Assembly: GCF_009914755.1 (NCBI RefSeq) | Contig: NC_060947.1 | Source: the human T2T-CHM13v2.0 reference genome, Homo sapiens | Reading direction: 5' to 3' (one strand) | Length of the DNA: 64,000 bases | In this document: positions 20,041-34,812 of the stretch, piece after piece | How the letters are laid out: each line of letters begins with the position of its first letter | Position numbering within the stretch: position 1 is the first letter of the stretch | Program-made: the position numbers and the translations under genes | The notes under the pieces: generated by a model | Told to the model about the DNA's origin: nothing | Database searches by the model: none | Seen by the model: the letters and a program-made list of their open reading frames with translations, nothing else

Positions 20041-22160
20041 GGTATGTAAGAATCCATTCTATTTTCTGAATGAGATAATTATTTTATTTCTAATGAAGTA
20101 ATTTAAAAATAATTAGAAGATGAATGCATTTCTAAATGTTGATTCCATACCTTCTATACAAACAAGTGAATTCAAATCTTCCTTGCTTTTATAAAACCAC
20201 ATAGGTGAAAGAATGCACATGTGATAATGGTGGTAGGGAGATGGCAATATGTAGAAGTGGGCTAGGAGAAACAGCATGTGCTCCCATCACTGTCAAGAGT
20301 CCCCTTCCCAGTGCACAGAGGAAATAGTTACAATCCTCTGGTGAAGCATAGGCCCTCTAGAAGGATGCTTCGCCCTACAGCTAGCACCCAGCCTGCCCTT
20401 TGAGAAGTCTCTATATCTGCAGCAGTGAGCTTGCCTTCTCTTTCTTTAATCCAAAAATGAAGAAACTGGAATGGGTATTCCAACCCCTTCAATGCTCAGG
20501 CCAATTTTCTAGGAGCTTTGCTTCCAGAGGACTTGTTAACCAAGGTGTCATTTTACTCCCATTATCTGTAGCTCATCAACTTTAAAATTTGACTCTTTTG
20601 CTAAGGTGCATTAAAATCAAAAAGCACGTTAAGAAAGAACTGTGTTTCACCTTCCTAAGATTTTTATTAAATATTCAAACATCTGAGTTACCCAATTTTA
20701 GAGTTTATTATTAAAGCAGATTCCACAAACTCAAAACCAATTAGAAATAACTGAGATAAATCGATTTGGGAACAGGAGATTCATTAATCAACTGCTAAAA
20801 GGTGGTGAAAATCCTATCCTTTCCTGAATTTCCCAGTTCTATTCAACTTCACAAAGTCAGTAATTCATGACCAGGTCTTAAGAGAATGTTTATTTATCTT
20901 TTAAGGGGAAACATGAAAAAACCTAAGAGTAAGACTCACAAAGTAGTAACCATTGCATTCCATGTTTTAAGAAATATAGTTGGCAGCCCTAAGAGTCCCA
21001 ATGACTCTATGTATTCAAAGCCCGTAATAAATTTACCAAATCTCAGTCTTGATTTTTGTAATGGCCTGGAGTCATCTCTAATTATTTCAATGAATGTAGG
21101 AAAAAATTAGTATCAAATCAGTCATACGTTTTCAATATGACAGCCAGTATTTTTAAGACAGGGGAGAATAATACAAAAAAAGAAGACAGGCTCTCAACCT
21201 AATGAGTCTGAGAATCACTCTTAGGATAGTTCTTTCAAGCTCATCACAGATACGTGGCTCAATGGAAGCAAAGACTCTAAGTATCATTTTTTAACATTAA
21301 AGTTATTGTCCCTTTTCTGCATATCTGCCTCACCATTAAGGGTTTTTTTCCACAAAACTTTATTATAAGACTTCAGTTTATCCCTTTTGTACTATGCTTC
21401 CCATAAAGAAACATATCCATTGCTGGCCATAAGCTCTCAGGTTGTTAGGAGATGCAAAAAGTCTTCACTGTTACTTACAGCCCACTCACCTATCTACATA
21501 TTCACAGTTACCATACTCCAAGAGTATATATGTGGTCTTTAGCTCTAGAACTGGTTCCTGGTTTTTCACCTAAAATGTTTTAGGGTCCACCATTTTACTA
21601 CACTCCTAGAAAGCCAGTTTAATTAAGATCACCATAATATTCCAGTCCATATCACAGAGCAATTTCAGTATCTAGCCACAGACAACTCTGCTAATGTGAA
21701 TAACAAAAATTGCTCTACCAAAACTACCATAAGTGTTTATCCATGGTGCAGTAATTCTAAAGAAGGATTCATTTGGGCAAAATATTTATGTGTCACAACT
21801 ATACATCATTACCTAAAATATTAAAAATTATTTACAAAATTTATAATGTTTTTCTGGAAGGCAGACTGATGATTTGGGGAGGGGCTATTCCAAATTATAA
21901 ATCATCAAGGAATTTGTCTCTTTAGGGGTAAGATGTTTATTTGTAGAAACACCATGTTCTCTGGCTAAAAGAAGGCTATGTGTTCTTGGGTAGAACATAC
22001 CATTGTGATAAAAATGACATAGTAGGCATCAAGCATTCAAATCTCCTGGTCATTTAAATGGGAATTTTAAATTGAAGATAACTGGAGCGTTTTCAGATTG
22101 TGTGTACATGTGTTTTGCAGAAGCAATCTATGAATTATGAAGTAGTAATGAAGTACTTAC

Positions 22161-22166
22161 CTTAAT
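22161..22166 (-). other. Candidate 6-nt in-frame microexon (ATTAAG) of KLHL13
   Basis: Minus strand CTTCTCTTTTTTCATTTATCTCACACAG|ATTAAG|GTAAGTAC; three TCAT motifs within ~30 nt downstream. Confidence 0.5.
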
Positions 22167-23709
22167 CTGTGTGAGATAAATGAAAAAAGAGAAGTATTCC
22201 TTTCCTTCCTTTTATACAGTCCTTTAAACCAGTGTTTCACACCCCAAACTATAATTTCTGACTCTCAGTGTAGATGAGAAGCAGACAAAAGGGGAGAAGA
22301 GTCACCATGTAGATGAGAGTAGCAGGGAGTCAAGGTGTTAAAAGTTTCCCTAGCTAGTCGGAAAATGCTACTACCCTCACTCACTCCATCTCCATGAGAT
22401 ACTTGTTGAAGCAATCATCATTTTTACATCTTCAAAATCCAATCTTTTCATATGTCAAAGATATGCTTAATGGTAATGAATTTGACTACATACATATTTC
22501 TTAATGACCATTCCTAAAATGTTGGTCAGTCAGAAGAAATTTCAGAAATCTCCGATGTATCCTGATATTATACATTCAAAAGAACTATAGATAAAATATT
22601 TGGATTCTAAAAGGCAATTGCTCTCACCAAAATTATTTGACCACCTTTGACCCTTGCTTCTTCCCCATTTCCCATGTCCAATCAACTGCTAAGTTCAACT
22701 GAATCTCTCTCTAGAATGCTCCTATCCTTCAACCCCCATCCACTCTCACTGCCTCTACCACAGTTCTTGTCTGTATTACCTCTTACCTGGATTTAATTAT
22801 AATTTTCACATACATAATGGTCTTTATACATACTGTGATTGTATTTATAGCTCAGAAAAGCACTCCCTTGCTCAAAGGTATTCAGTGAGTCACTGCTTGC
22901 CGAACAGAAGCCAAATCCTACACTCTTGAAGTCAAGGCTTCCTGGCCTCACCCTCCTTAACTAATTGCACAGTCCAGCAAATTATTCACAATAAATGTTT
23001 GTTTAATGACAACAGAACAAACGAAAATCCAAATTTACTTACAAACTACAAATTGTTTTGCTTTGGAATATATTGCTTTTACATATTCACAGCTATGCAT
23101 TTTTTGTCTCTTGCTAAACAAGTAATGTGTAAAAGCCATTGTATTTAATCATTTTTAACACAAAGAAAATTCATTTAATTTAAATATAATATCAGCTAAA
23201 CCTTTATGGTTAGATTGAAGCCCTTTAAGTATAAAAAATTCAGGACATAAATGTAAATACTTTTTTGAGTGTTAATTTTTAATTTATTTCTCCTAAACCC
23301 TAGTCAGGTCTTCTTTTTCTCCTAGTCAGTGATTTCTTTTATCAAACTATACACACAAAACACATTATCATTTAAGTAAAAGCATATTAGCTTCAAAACA
23401 TAAATATCTCAAATAGTTTTCTCCATTATGATGAACAGCATGCAAAAATAAGTCAAATAACTCTTAACTTTGAGAGTAGTTTCTATCGTAGAACAGATTT
23501 TTAAAAAAACCTTATTTTCCTTATCAGTTACAATTTGATGAACCATGACTAAAGTATTTTGGTCACTAGTAGATTGCTTCTAGTAAAATTACTTTCAGTC
23601 TGTGCCAGTATCATGGTATTTCTCAGCAACAATGAACAGAATCTGGATTTTTGATTAGTTCTTTTCATAGGAAATACAGTCATAACTTATTCTCTAACAA
23701 GACCATGAT

Positions 23710-24047
23710 ACACAATAGCCCCCATTATTCGGTGGATACATTCCAAGACCCCCAGTGGATGTTTGAAACTATGGATATACCAAATTCCATATACACTACG
23801 TTTTATTCCTATACATACATAACTACCTGATTTATAAATTAGGTACAGTAAGATATCAACAATAACTAGTAATAAATAGAACAATTATAACAATATACTT
23901 TAATAAAAGTTATGTGAATGTGCTCTTTTTCTCTCTCTCTTTCTCAAAATATCTTATCATACTGTACTCACCTATTTTCATGCCATGGTTAACCATGGGT
24001 AACTCATTCCAAGGAGTTGGAAATCATGCATAAGGGACAACTACTAT
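23710..24047. mobile_element. MER44A/Tigger7-like DNA transposon
   Basis: ttccaagacccccagtggatg...tttataaattaggtacagtaaga...taataaaagttatgtgaatgtg; degenerate terminal inverted repeats. Confidence 0.8.
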
Positions 24048-24204
24048 ATTCAATTACTGCATATATCAGATGAATAAACTTAACACTTTCATGTGAAGTG
24101 ATCTGCACAGAGGTACAGACCTAAAAACTATTCTCTAAATTCATTTATAAAATCGACATTTATTGAGCATCTGCTATGTGCCAGGCACCACACTAGATGA
24201 TAGG

Positions 24205-24298
24205 AAAACAAAGAGCAGTCAGGATACTTGCTTGCAAAGAGATGATAATAAAACAAAGAGCAGTCAGGATACTTGCTTGCTAAGAGATGATAATAAAA
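24205..24298 (+). repeat. 45-bp tandem duplication
   Basis: AAAACAAAGAGCAGTCAGGATACTTGCTTGC(A/T)AAGAGATGATAAT twice, one mismatch. Confidence 0.95.
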
Positions 24299-25667
24299 AA
24301 CAATTACTTTCCAAATAATTAAATGATATAAAATTATAATAAATGCTTACCACTCTTTACTAACAAATATCATGTTGTATAATTCATAGAAACCACAATA
24401 ACAAAACGATTGCCAACTTTTTTCTCTAATCCATAAGGGTATCAGTTCATATTTAGCATATAAGCACCAAATAAAAATAAATAAATAATATCAACTTTCC
24501 TTACTATTATTTTAAAGGGTTATTTGTTCCAGATCAGGCTATCTGCAGGGCTGGATCAGCAATCACACAATATTCACTATTCAAAAACATAATCTGCAAT
24601 TTTAATTATATGGAAGAAAGTCAAAACTCTTGATGATGTGATAGTACTGCACATCATTTAAAAAAAACACTCTAATTGTATCTATCTATATGCTTCAGCA
24701 ACATTTCTATGAAAAGTATATTAATGAACCAAGTCTCCAGTCTACTTAAAACCAAACCTTTGTTTCCAGTTTCACGAACTTTGTTTAGCTGTGAATCATT
24801 CAGAAATGACTGCATGCACGCACCCTCTGTAGGAAAGTGATCGTAACGAATGAGAAAATCACTTCAATTTGGTGATGCTAAGGGGTTATCTATTGGACAA
24901 TGATTCACAATTTAGTGTCATCCATATACTTTTCAAAATTGTATTTCAAATATTTTGTAGGTCCACCCAAACTAAAGCTAGATCAGACTATTAATTAAGA
25001 ACATGTTTCACTGTCAGACAAGAGAAGAGCTCTGATATAATCACATTTAATAAAGAGAAACCTAGTTAAGATTTTGTAGAGCTGGTCTTTAATATTAATT
25101 TTAATGCAGTTGAAGAAATGGTATTTTTAAAAGGAAATATAAATTAAGACTGGGTTAAATCATCAAATACAAATGTACACAGATGGAGGAAAAGTGATCA
25201 AGCATTAATATCACATTCTCTTTCAAGGTAAATGGTATGACCAAAAGAGTGATTTCTAAGGTTCCTATCAGCTTGTGGATTGAAAGAACCCTGATTAAGA
25301 TAATTATGCACATTATATGATGTCAAGGTCTTATCTCATTGATCAGTGAAAAGCTCTATATTTTTGAAACCAGAAAAAAAAGTGAAAATAAAAGATGTTA
25401 CAGGGCAACTTGTAAATGATTAAGCAAGTTCATTTAGAACTTTTAGAAACAGCTGCGGTGAGAGACTTAAATGTGGGAAGCAAGAAGGGAGTGCAGTTAG
25501 GTACAGAGGGATCGCATAAGCACAAATTAAGCCCAATTGCCCACATACACTCAACTGAGCTTGCCACTCCAATTCATCATTCTCATAATATTTGGTTCTC
25601 TAAATTTTAGTGCTCTAAAACACAATATTTTCAATCTAAACCTTTTAAATTTAAAATACCATCAGAA

Positions 25668-25818
25668 GGCCAAGTGTGGTGGCTCATGTCTGTAATCCCA
25701 GCACTTTGCGGGGCACAGGTTGGGGGCAGGGGGATAGCTTGAGGCTAGGAGTTCACGACCAGTCTTGGAAACATAGCAATATCCTGTCTCTACAAAAAAA
25801 AAGTAAAAATAATAAATT
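25668..25818 (+). mobile_element. Alu left monomer (FLAM-like)
   Basis: Single monomer with A-tail; AAAATACCATCA repeated on both flanks. Confidence 0.85.
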
Positions 25819-27007
25819 AAAATACCATCAAGCCCCTGCACCTGCCATAATAGGAGCCAGACAATGTCTAGAAAGTTTGGTAACCAGATCTGAGATCAGA
25901 ACTTTCCTGGATGCACCTCCAAGTTTAGAAATGCCACTTCTGAGGCCATAACTTGCTGAAGAATCAAACATAATGGTCAATGACTGAGTAGCATAGACAG
26001 TCCTCACCTGTTATTTAACTGTTCTTATTTCACTCAGTAGATGTTACCTGACACTCAAAATTTCAATATTTGCCCCCTGCACCTGCCAAACACCAAACAC
26101 TAAAGTGCATTAGCAACAACCACATAATCATATGCCACTGCTAGCTAATTCAGTACTATGTTTTGAAGATTTTTAAGGTTCTCAACAACCTGTATTATTT
26201 GAATTTCCAGAGACATGCAAAGACCTTCTGGTTGTTAACTATTATTTTCTGGTAGCCTTTATGTTCAATCTGATTTTGAACAGTCTTTTGAATAAACTGA
26301 AAATGTTTTGGGAAGGTAGAAATGTAGAGTCCTTTGAAATTTTTTTCAATGCAATAAAATGCAATCAGCATCAGCCAACTTGTACTATGCACACACTTTA
26401 GTACTTTTTAAATGGCTCTGATAACAGTGGAGTTATTCTGAATGATTCCGCTTGTTGCATCAAATTTTATTAAGAAAACTAATTTCATGATTTTATTCAA
26501 AAGGTAGCACTATTACTATTAACTTTTAATAAGAGACTTGGGCTATGTGAACCATCTCAAAATAGACTGAATTTTCAAAAAAAATAGTTTTTAAATAACT
26601 AGCATCTTCAATTTCACTCATATCTGTATTTTATATGATTGTATATGCTTGCAAAATCGATGTAATCAAAACAATTGTGCCTATTTTATAAAATGTAGAG
26701 CACAATAAAAGCTCTAATAGGAGAAACTTGTTTTCATGATATTTTCAACACAACCCCAGATTATAGTTCTGTTACTGGATAATTCCACTTTTTAATAAGA
26801 TTTCCAGGAAATCATTGTTGCAAGGGCTGAGAACTGCCTATGTAATGTTTAAACTATTATAATTTTCAAGAACAAAACTACTGATCCAGAGATTAATAAA
26901 TATGGTTTAGTTACAGGAATGCAAAATTTGTAGAACCACTTGGGTTAATTGGAACACTTTCTACAACGCATGTGTAAGCCCAACATGATTGTGTTCAACT
27001 AGAGTAT

Positions 27008-27873
27008 TGTAGATACAACAAATGACCTCCTAAAGATGTCCACATCTTAACCCCAGGAATCTGTGGATATGTTGTTACATGGCAAAGGAGACTTTGAAAA
27101 TGTGATAAAGGTTACGAACTTTGAAATGGGGCGTGTCTTGTTTTATCCAGGTAGCCTAATCTAATTACATGAGTCCTGAAAAAATGGAAGAGGAAGGCAG
27201 AAGAGTGAGCCAGAAGGCAATGTGAAAAGGATTCAACCTGCTGTCGCTGGCCTTAACGAGGGAGGAATGGGGCTGGAATGCAAGCAATCTCTAGAAGCTG
27301 AAATTGTCCTTTAACTTATAGCCAACAAGATGATAGGAACCTTGGTCCTACAGCCACAAAGAACGGAATTTTGTCAATGACAGGAATGAGCAGGAAACAG
27401 ATTCTCCCCTAGAGCCTCAGCCTTGCTGACATTTTTATTTTAGCCCCGTGAGACCAGTACCAAATTTCTGATCTGAAAAAACTGTAAGATAATATGCCAA
27501 GCATGGTGGCTCATGCCTGTAATCCCAGTACTTTGGGAGGCTGAGACGGGAGGATAGCTTGAGCCCAGGAGTTTGAGACCAGCCTGGTAACACAGCGAGA
27601 CCTCATCTCTACAAATAATAATAATAATAATAATAAGCTGGGTGTGGTGATGCGTGCCTGTAGTCCCAGTTACTGAGGAGGCTGAGGCAGGAGGATCACT
27701 TGAGTCCGGTGGTCGAGGCTGCAGGGAGCCATGATCATGCCACTGTACTCCAGCCTGGGCGACACAGTGAGATCCCCATCTCAAAAAAAAAAAACTGTAG
27801 GATAATAAATGTGTGACATTTTAGGCCATTCGTTTGCAGTAATTTGATATGGCAGCAATAGAAAAGAAATACA
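27008..27873 (+). mobile_element. MLT1D-like MaLR LTR interrupted by an AluJ
   Basis: aaagatgtccacatc...atatgtt...ttacatggcaaagga...; end ggcagcaatagaaaagaaataca. Confidence 0.8.
27495..27794 (+). mobile_element. AluJ element
   Basis: AluJ-type gcttgagcccaggagtttgag and gccatgatcatgccactg; TSD aaaaactgta(a/g)gataata. Confidence 0.92.
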
Positions 27874-29045
27874 TAGAGGTTTGGGTTTTTTTTTTTCATT
27901 GAGTATTTGCATGCAATTAAGCAGTGGGAGGATAATGTCTGCAGGAAAGTACTAAATATACTGACTGGGGTAGAACCCTTGGAACGTGCTAAAAAGAGTA
28001 CACCAGCTACAGCACTGTCCGTGGCAGCTAATTACCATGGGTGGGAAATGTGTGTAATCAATGAAGATGGAATAGTGCTTCAAGGAACTATGGAAACATC
28101 AAGAGACAATGGAGTTAATCCCGATATCATATGAGCAAGTAAAGATAATTGCCTCAATATTTTCCTTCAACTTCACCACTTGACAGTAAGCAAGTAAAGC
28201 TTTCTAACCTCTTCCTATACCACCACCCAATTCAAAAAGCTTTTCCCATCTACCATATTTCCCTTTTCTTCTAACCCTAGTAAGGTATTATATAATTAAT
28301 AGATGGCATGAAAGTAGCAAAAGTCTATAAAAATGAAAAGGCATTGGAGAAATTACAAGCTTTGAAATCACGTGGCCCTAAATCTGAATTTTGGCTCAAC
28401 TTGTAATTTGATGTGTAACATTAAGCAATTAACCTCTCTGAACTTGTGTCCTTATTCGTAAAATAGTGAGAGGATGTACACTTACAGGGCTTTTTGGGAG
28501 GAATGAAATTAAGTGCTTAGCACTTCTATAATAGAGGAAAATAAATTGTATTACATTTAACTATGCTAAACTAGGACATTTTAAAAATTTGGAATATGTC
28601 TCATGAAGTTTAGAATATCTGTTATACATGCTAGATTAAAATTTAATCTAAAGTTCTGAAACTTGTTTTTATTTTTTTGTTATTGAAGATAAGTTACTTC
28701 ATTACTCCATTGAACTATATTATAAGAAATCCTCTCCAACAAACTGGGCATGTTCTTGCCTTAGCATGACATAAATGTGGGGGGGAAATGGGTAAAAACA
28801 ACAGATAACCTCATCATAGTAAGTTATGCTGGGAAAAATATTTTAGTATAATTGAAAACACAATATAATTTTATTTTAAACTAAGATTCAATCTTAGAGT
28901 TTGAGATCAAATTATTACTGCTTGGAAGGTAATATATGTAAACTTGTGTGCTATAAAGCACACAAACAGTAAATTATTCCCTGTCCAATGTAAAGAATAG
29001 TATTCCATTCTTGTTGTTTAAAAAGACACTATGAACTTTAAACAT

Positions 29046-29792
29046 AAATTGCTTCATTTTCCAAGTCTTTGCTATTGTGAATAGTGCCGCAATAAACATA
29101 CGTGTGCATGTGTCTTTATAGCAGCATGATTTATAGTCCTTTGGGTATATACCCAGTAATGGGATGGCTGGGTCAAATGGTATTTCTAGTTCTAGATCCC
29201 TGAGGAATGGCCACACTGACTTCCACAATGGTTGAACTAGTTTACAGTCCCACCAACAGTGTAAAAGTGTTCCTATTTCTCCACATCCTCTCCAGCACCT
29301 GTTGTTTCCTGACTTTTTAATGATTGCCATTCTAACTGGTGTGAGATGATATCTCATAGTGGTTTTGATTTGCATTTCTCTGATGGCCAGTGATGATGAG
29401 CATTACATATACACCATGGAATACTATGCAGCCATAAAAAATGATGAGTTCATGTCCTTTGTAGGGACATGGATGAAATTGGAAACCATCATTCTCAGTA
29501 AACTATCGCAAGAACAAAAAACCAAACACCGCATATTCTCACTCATAGGTGGGAATTGAACAATGAGATCACATGGACACAGGAAGGGGAATATCACACT
29601 CTGGGGACTGTGGTGGGGTCGGGGGAGGGGGGAGGGATAGCATTGGGAGATATACCTAATGCTAGATGACACGTTAGTGGGTGCAGCGCACCAGCATGGC
29701 ACATGTATACATATGTAACTAACCTGCACAATGTGCACATGTACCCTAAAACTTAGAGTATAATAAAAAAAAAAAAATTGCTTCATTTTCCA
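29046..29792 (+). mobile_element. L1HS pre-Ta insertion, 5'-truncated with twin-priming inversion (29064-29404 inverted, 29405-29777 forward)
   Basis: 3'UTR diagnostics gatgacACGttag and acttaGagtat; identical 18-bp TSD AAATTGCTTCATTTTCCA at 29046-29063 and 29775-29792. Confidence 0.93.
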
Positions 29793-30153
29793 TCCTGTGC
29801 AATATGCACTTTAACATGTGTTATCTACCTCCAGTTCAAGTCTCCTCATTTAGTCCAGACAAATTTTTCTTCTGAGGTGTTTCCATTGCCCTTAAATCCA
29901 TTATCAATATTGAAAGTACAGTAAGCAAGAATTTATTTAACCTGTTTGTCTTGGTTCCAAATTTTCACAGCAGGAGAATAAATTAAGCTATTTAATTGCT
30001 TATGAATGAAGATAGTATGGAAGATAAAAAATAATCACTTTGAATGATCACAAGGACTATGCCCCTAATCCTCAGCAGAGTTATGCCTGGCACATAATAG
30101 ACAGTTGAGTAACTGCTGAATGTTATAAACTTAATATACAAGGTGATTGAAAA

Positions 30154-32774
<2,621 letters not shown>

Positions 32775-34230
32775 TGAATTACTCAGTAACTTATTTATGT
32801 ACTGATTCCCCAAGAATCTCATGTTTATACCGCCTTTCTCAAAGTCTTGAGGATATAAAGCAATACATCATGGCAGCCATGTCAATCTAAAATTTTATCA
32901 TGTATGTTGTTTGTAATTCTTAACTCTTCAACTGCAAGTTATTAGCACAAATACTTGCCTATCCCATACTTCTTTCTCATCGCTCCGTCTCCCCAAGTTT
33001 GGCCATACTTAAGTCTCAACTAAATATTCTAAGTTTCAAGCAGAATGTATGAAATTCTCAGTAACTCCGTACTTCCCATGATGGTATGGAGATATGAAAT
33101 TCTGCCTCTCTTCCCTCTGTAGAAAGTGGTTTCTTTGCAATGGGGGAAGCGATTACTTGGAAGATACACTAAGTATAAAAAAAGGAATCTAGATAAATTA
33201 TTGACCAGTGAATGTCTTTGAAATATCTGAAAGTGACAGGAACACTAGCTCTTTGTCTTGCAAGTGTCTTGTGTGCAATATTTTTCTGTTATATTAAATG
33301 ATTTCAAGAGGTCTTTTTAAAAAATACACAATAGGCTTTAAAACAAAATGTTAACTTCATTTGCACATGCCAGGCTTCCTCAGACTAAAAGATCTGAAGA
33401 AGCTAAAAGAATAAACACAGACAGTGAGGAGCAAGCAATCTGATTGTAAGGCCTTCAAAAAGGCAATTTGCAAACTGTAAATTCACTAGGGGACAGTGTG
33501 AATCCTATAATTAAAAAAAATAATATAATCTCAGGCCCTTTAAGACAAGCAGAGATTCTGCTTAAAGGAAGAGAATTGTCTTCTATTTGGGCCCCATGTG
33601 GAGCATCACATTCAAATGTAGTGTCTTACATAAAGATTAACATGAAAAAACCATCCACGTGAGGACAACCAGGAAGAGTGAAGGGTCTGAAAACCATGTC
33701 ACATGAGAAGACGCCTAAGCGTGTATGTAATAGAATTTTTTTTTTCTATATAGCTCTATAAGGCTGCATTGGGAACGGGAGAGAAAAGATACAAGGAACT
33801 GATTTTGCTCAATGCAAGGAAAAGCTGTCCATGAATGGAGGGTGCAGCCTTGGTGAGGTAGTGAGCCCTTTGTCAGTGACAGTGTTCAAGAAGGACATGC
33901 AATGCCATCTTCGAGAGGTGTCATGGAATGAGTTCCTGTGTTAAAAGGGGTTTGGACTTTCTAAATGACTTTTAAGGTCACTTCTATCTCTATGATTTTC
34001 CATTAATAAATGACAACCTAGTCCTTCTGCAAGCTCAGACAATGCAAATTCCCAAAGAACATGCCACAAAAGTTGCAGACTAACACAAAATTTATCTTAG
34101 GTGTTAGTTGTGTTATTTTTCCACATAATTTTGTTAAATTGTGCATAAGTAATAAAAACAAAATTAAGTAGACACAAAGCAAGTAAAAGTTTATGTTCTC
34201 AAAGCAACTAAACATTCTTTTCTATTTTGA

Positions 34231-34341
34231 GATTATCAATTTAATAAGTATTTTGCTAGAAAAGAAAGATTTCTCTAATCACAAATGATTATCAATTTAA
34301 TAAGTATTTTGCTAGATAAGAAAGATTTCTGTAACCACAAA
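34231..34341 (+). repeat. 56-bp tandem duplication
   Basis: GATTATCAATTTAATAAGTATTTTGCTAGA...GATTTCT..AA.CACAAA twice, three mismatches. Confidence 0.92.
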
Positions 34342-34766
34342 GTTTTCTTTTATTTACTAAATTAGAAAAAAAAGACAATCTTAGGGGATAGAAACATGTC
34401 AAATTTAGAAAATTCATATTTTTATTATGTCTGTGCTGTGAATCACCTACAAACAAGGAGCATTTATACAATATACACAATATTTTCTCAGGAAATGCCA
34501 GGTACTGAATTTTATTGAAGACATTACAGAGGCAATTGCTATAGAATGTTGTGTTTTTTGGCATTTACTATAAAAATATTTTTTACATATCAAAAAATCA
34601 TAAATAGGAAGCTAACTGAATGTAAGTGCAGGGACTAAAGGAGAACAAGTCTAGTTCACTAACATTCATTGTCTTTTAGATTGAGAAAGGTAACATTCTA
34701 AGGAAAACAACTCACAGGGTCTGTCTTGCTAGAATTCACTGTTATATTTCACTGGTTAATTCTTAC

Positions 34767-34812
34767 CTAATTGCCTTCCTCCTTGCCACACTATTATTGT
34801 CAAAACTCGCTG
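34767..34812 (-). other. Candidate 46/43-nt cassette (poison) exon of KLHL13 with a NAGNAG acceptor
   Basis: CCTTTCATCTTTTCTTTTCCAG|CAG|CGAG...GGAGGAAGGCAATTAG|GTAAGA. Confidence 0.45.

Noticed and set aside
25833-26088. CCCCTGCACCTGCCA repeated ~240 bp apart
   Set aside because: No poly(A) or element between the copies, so not a demonstrable TSD; only two copies
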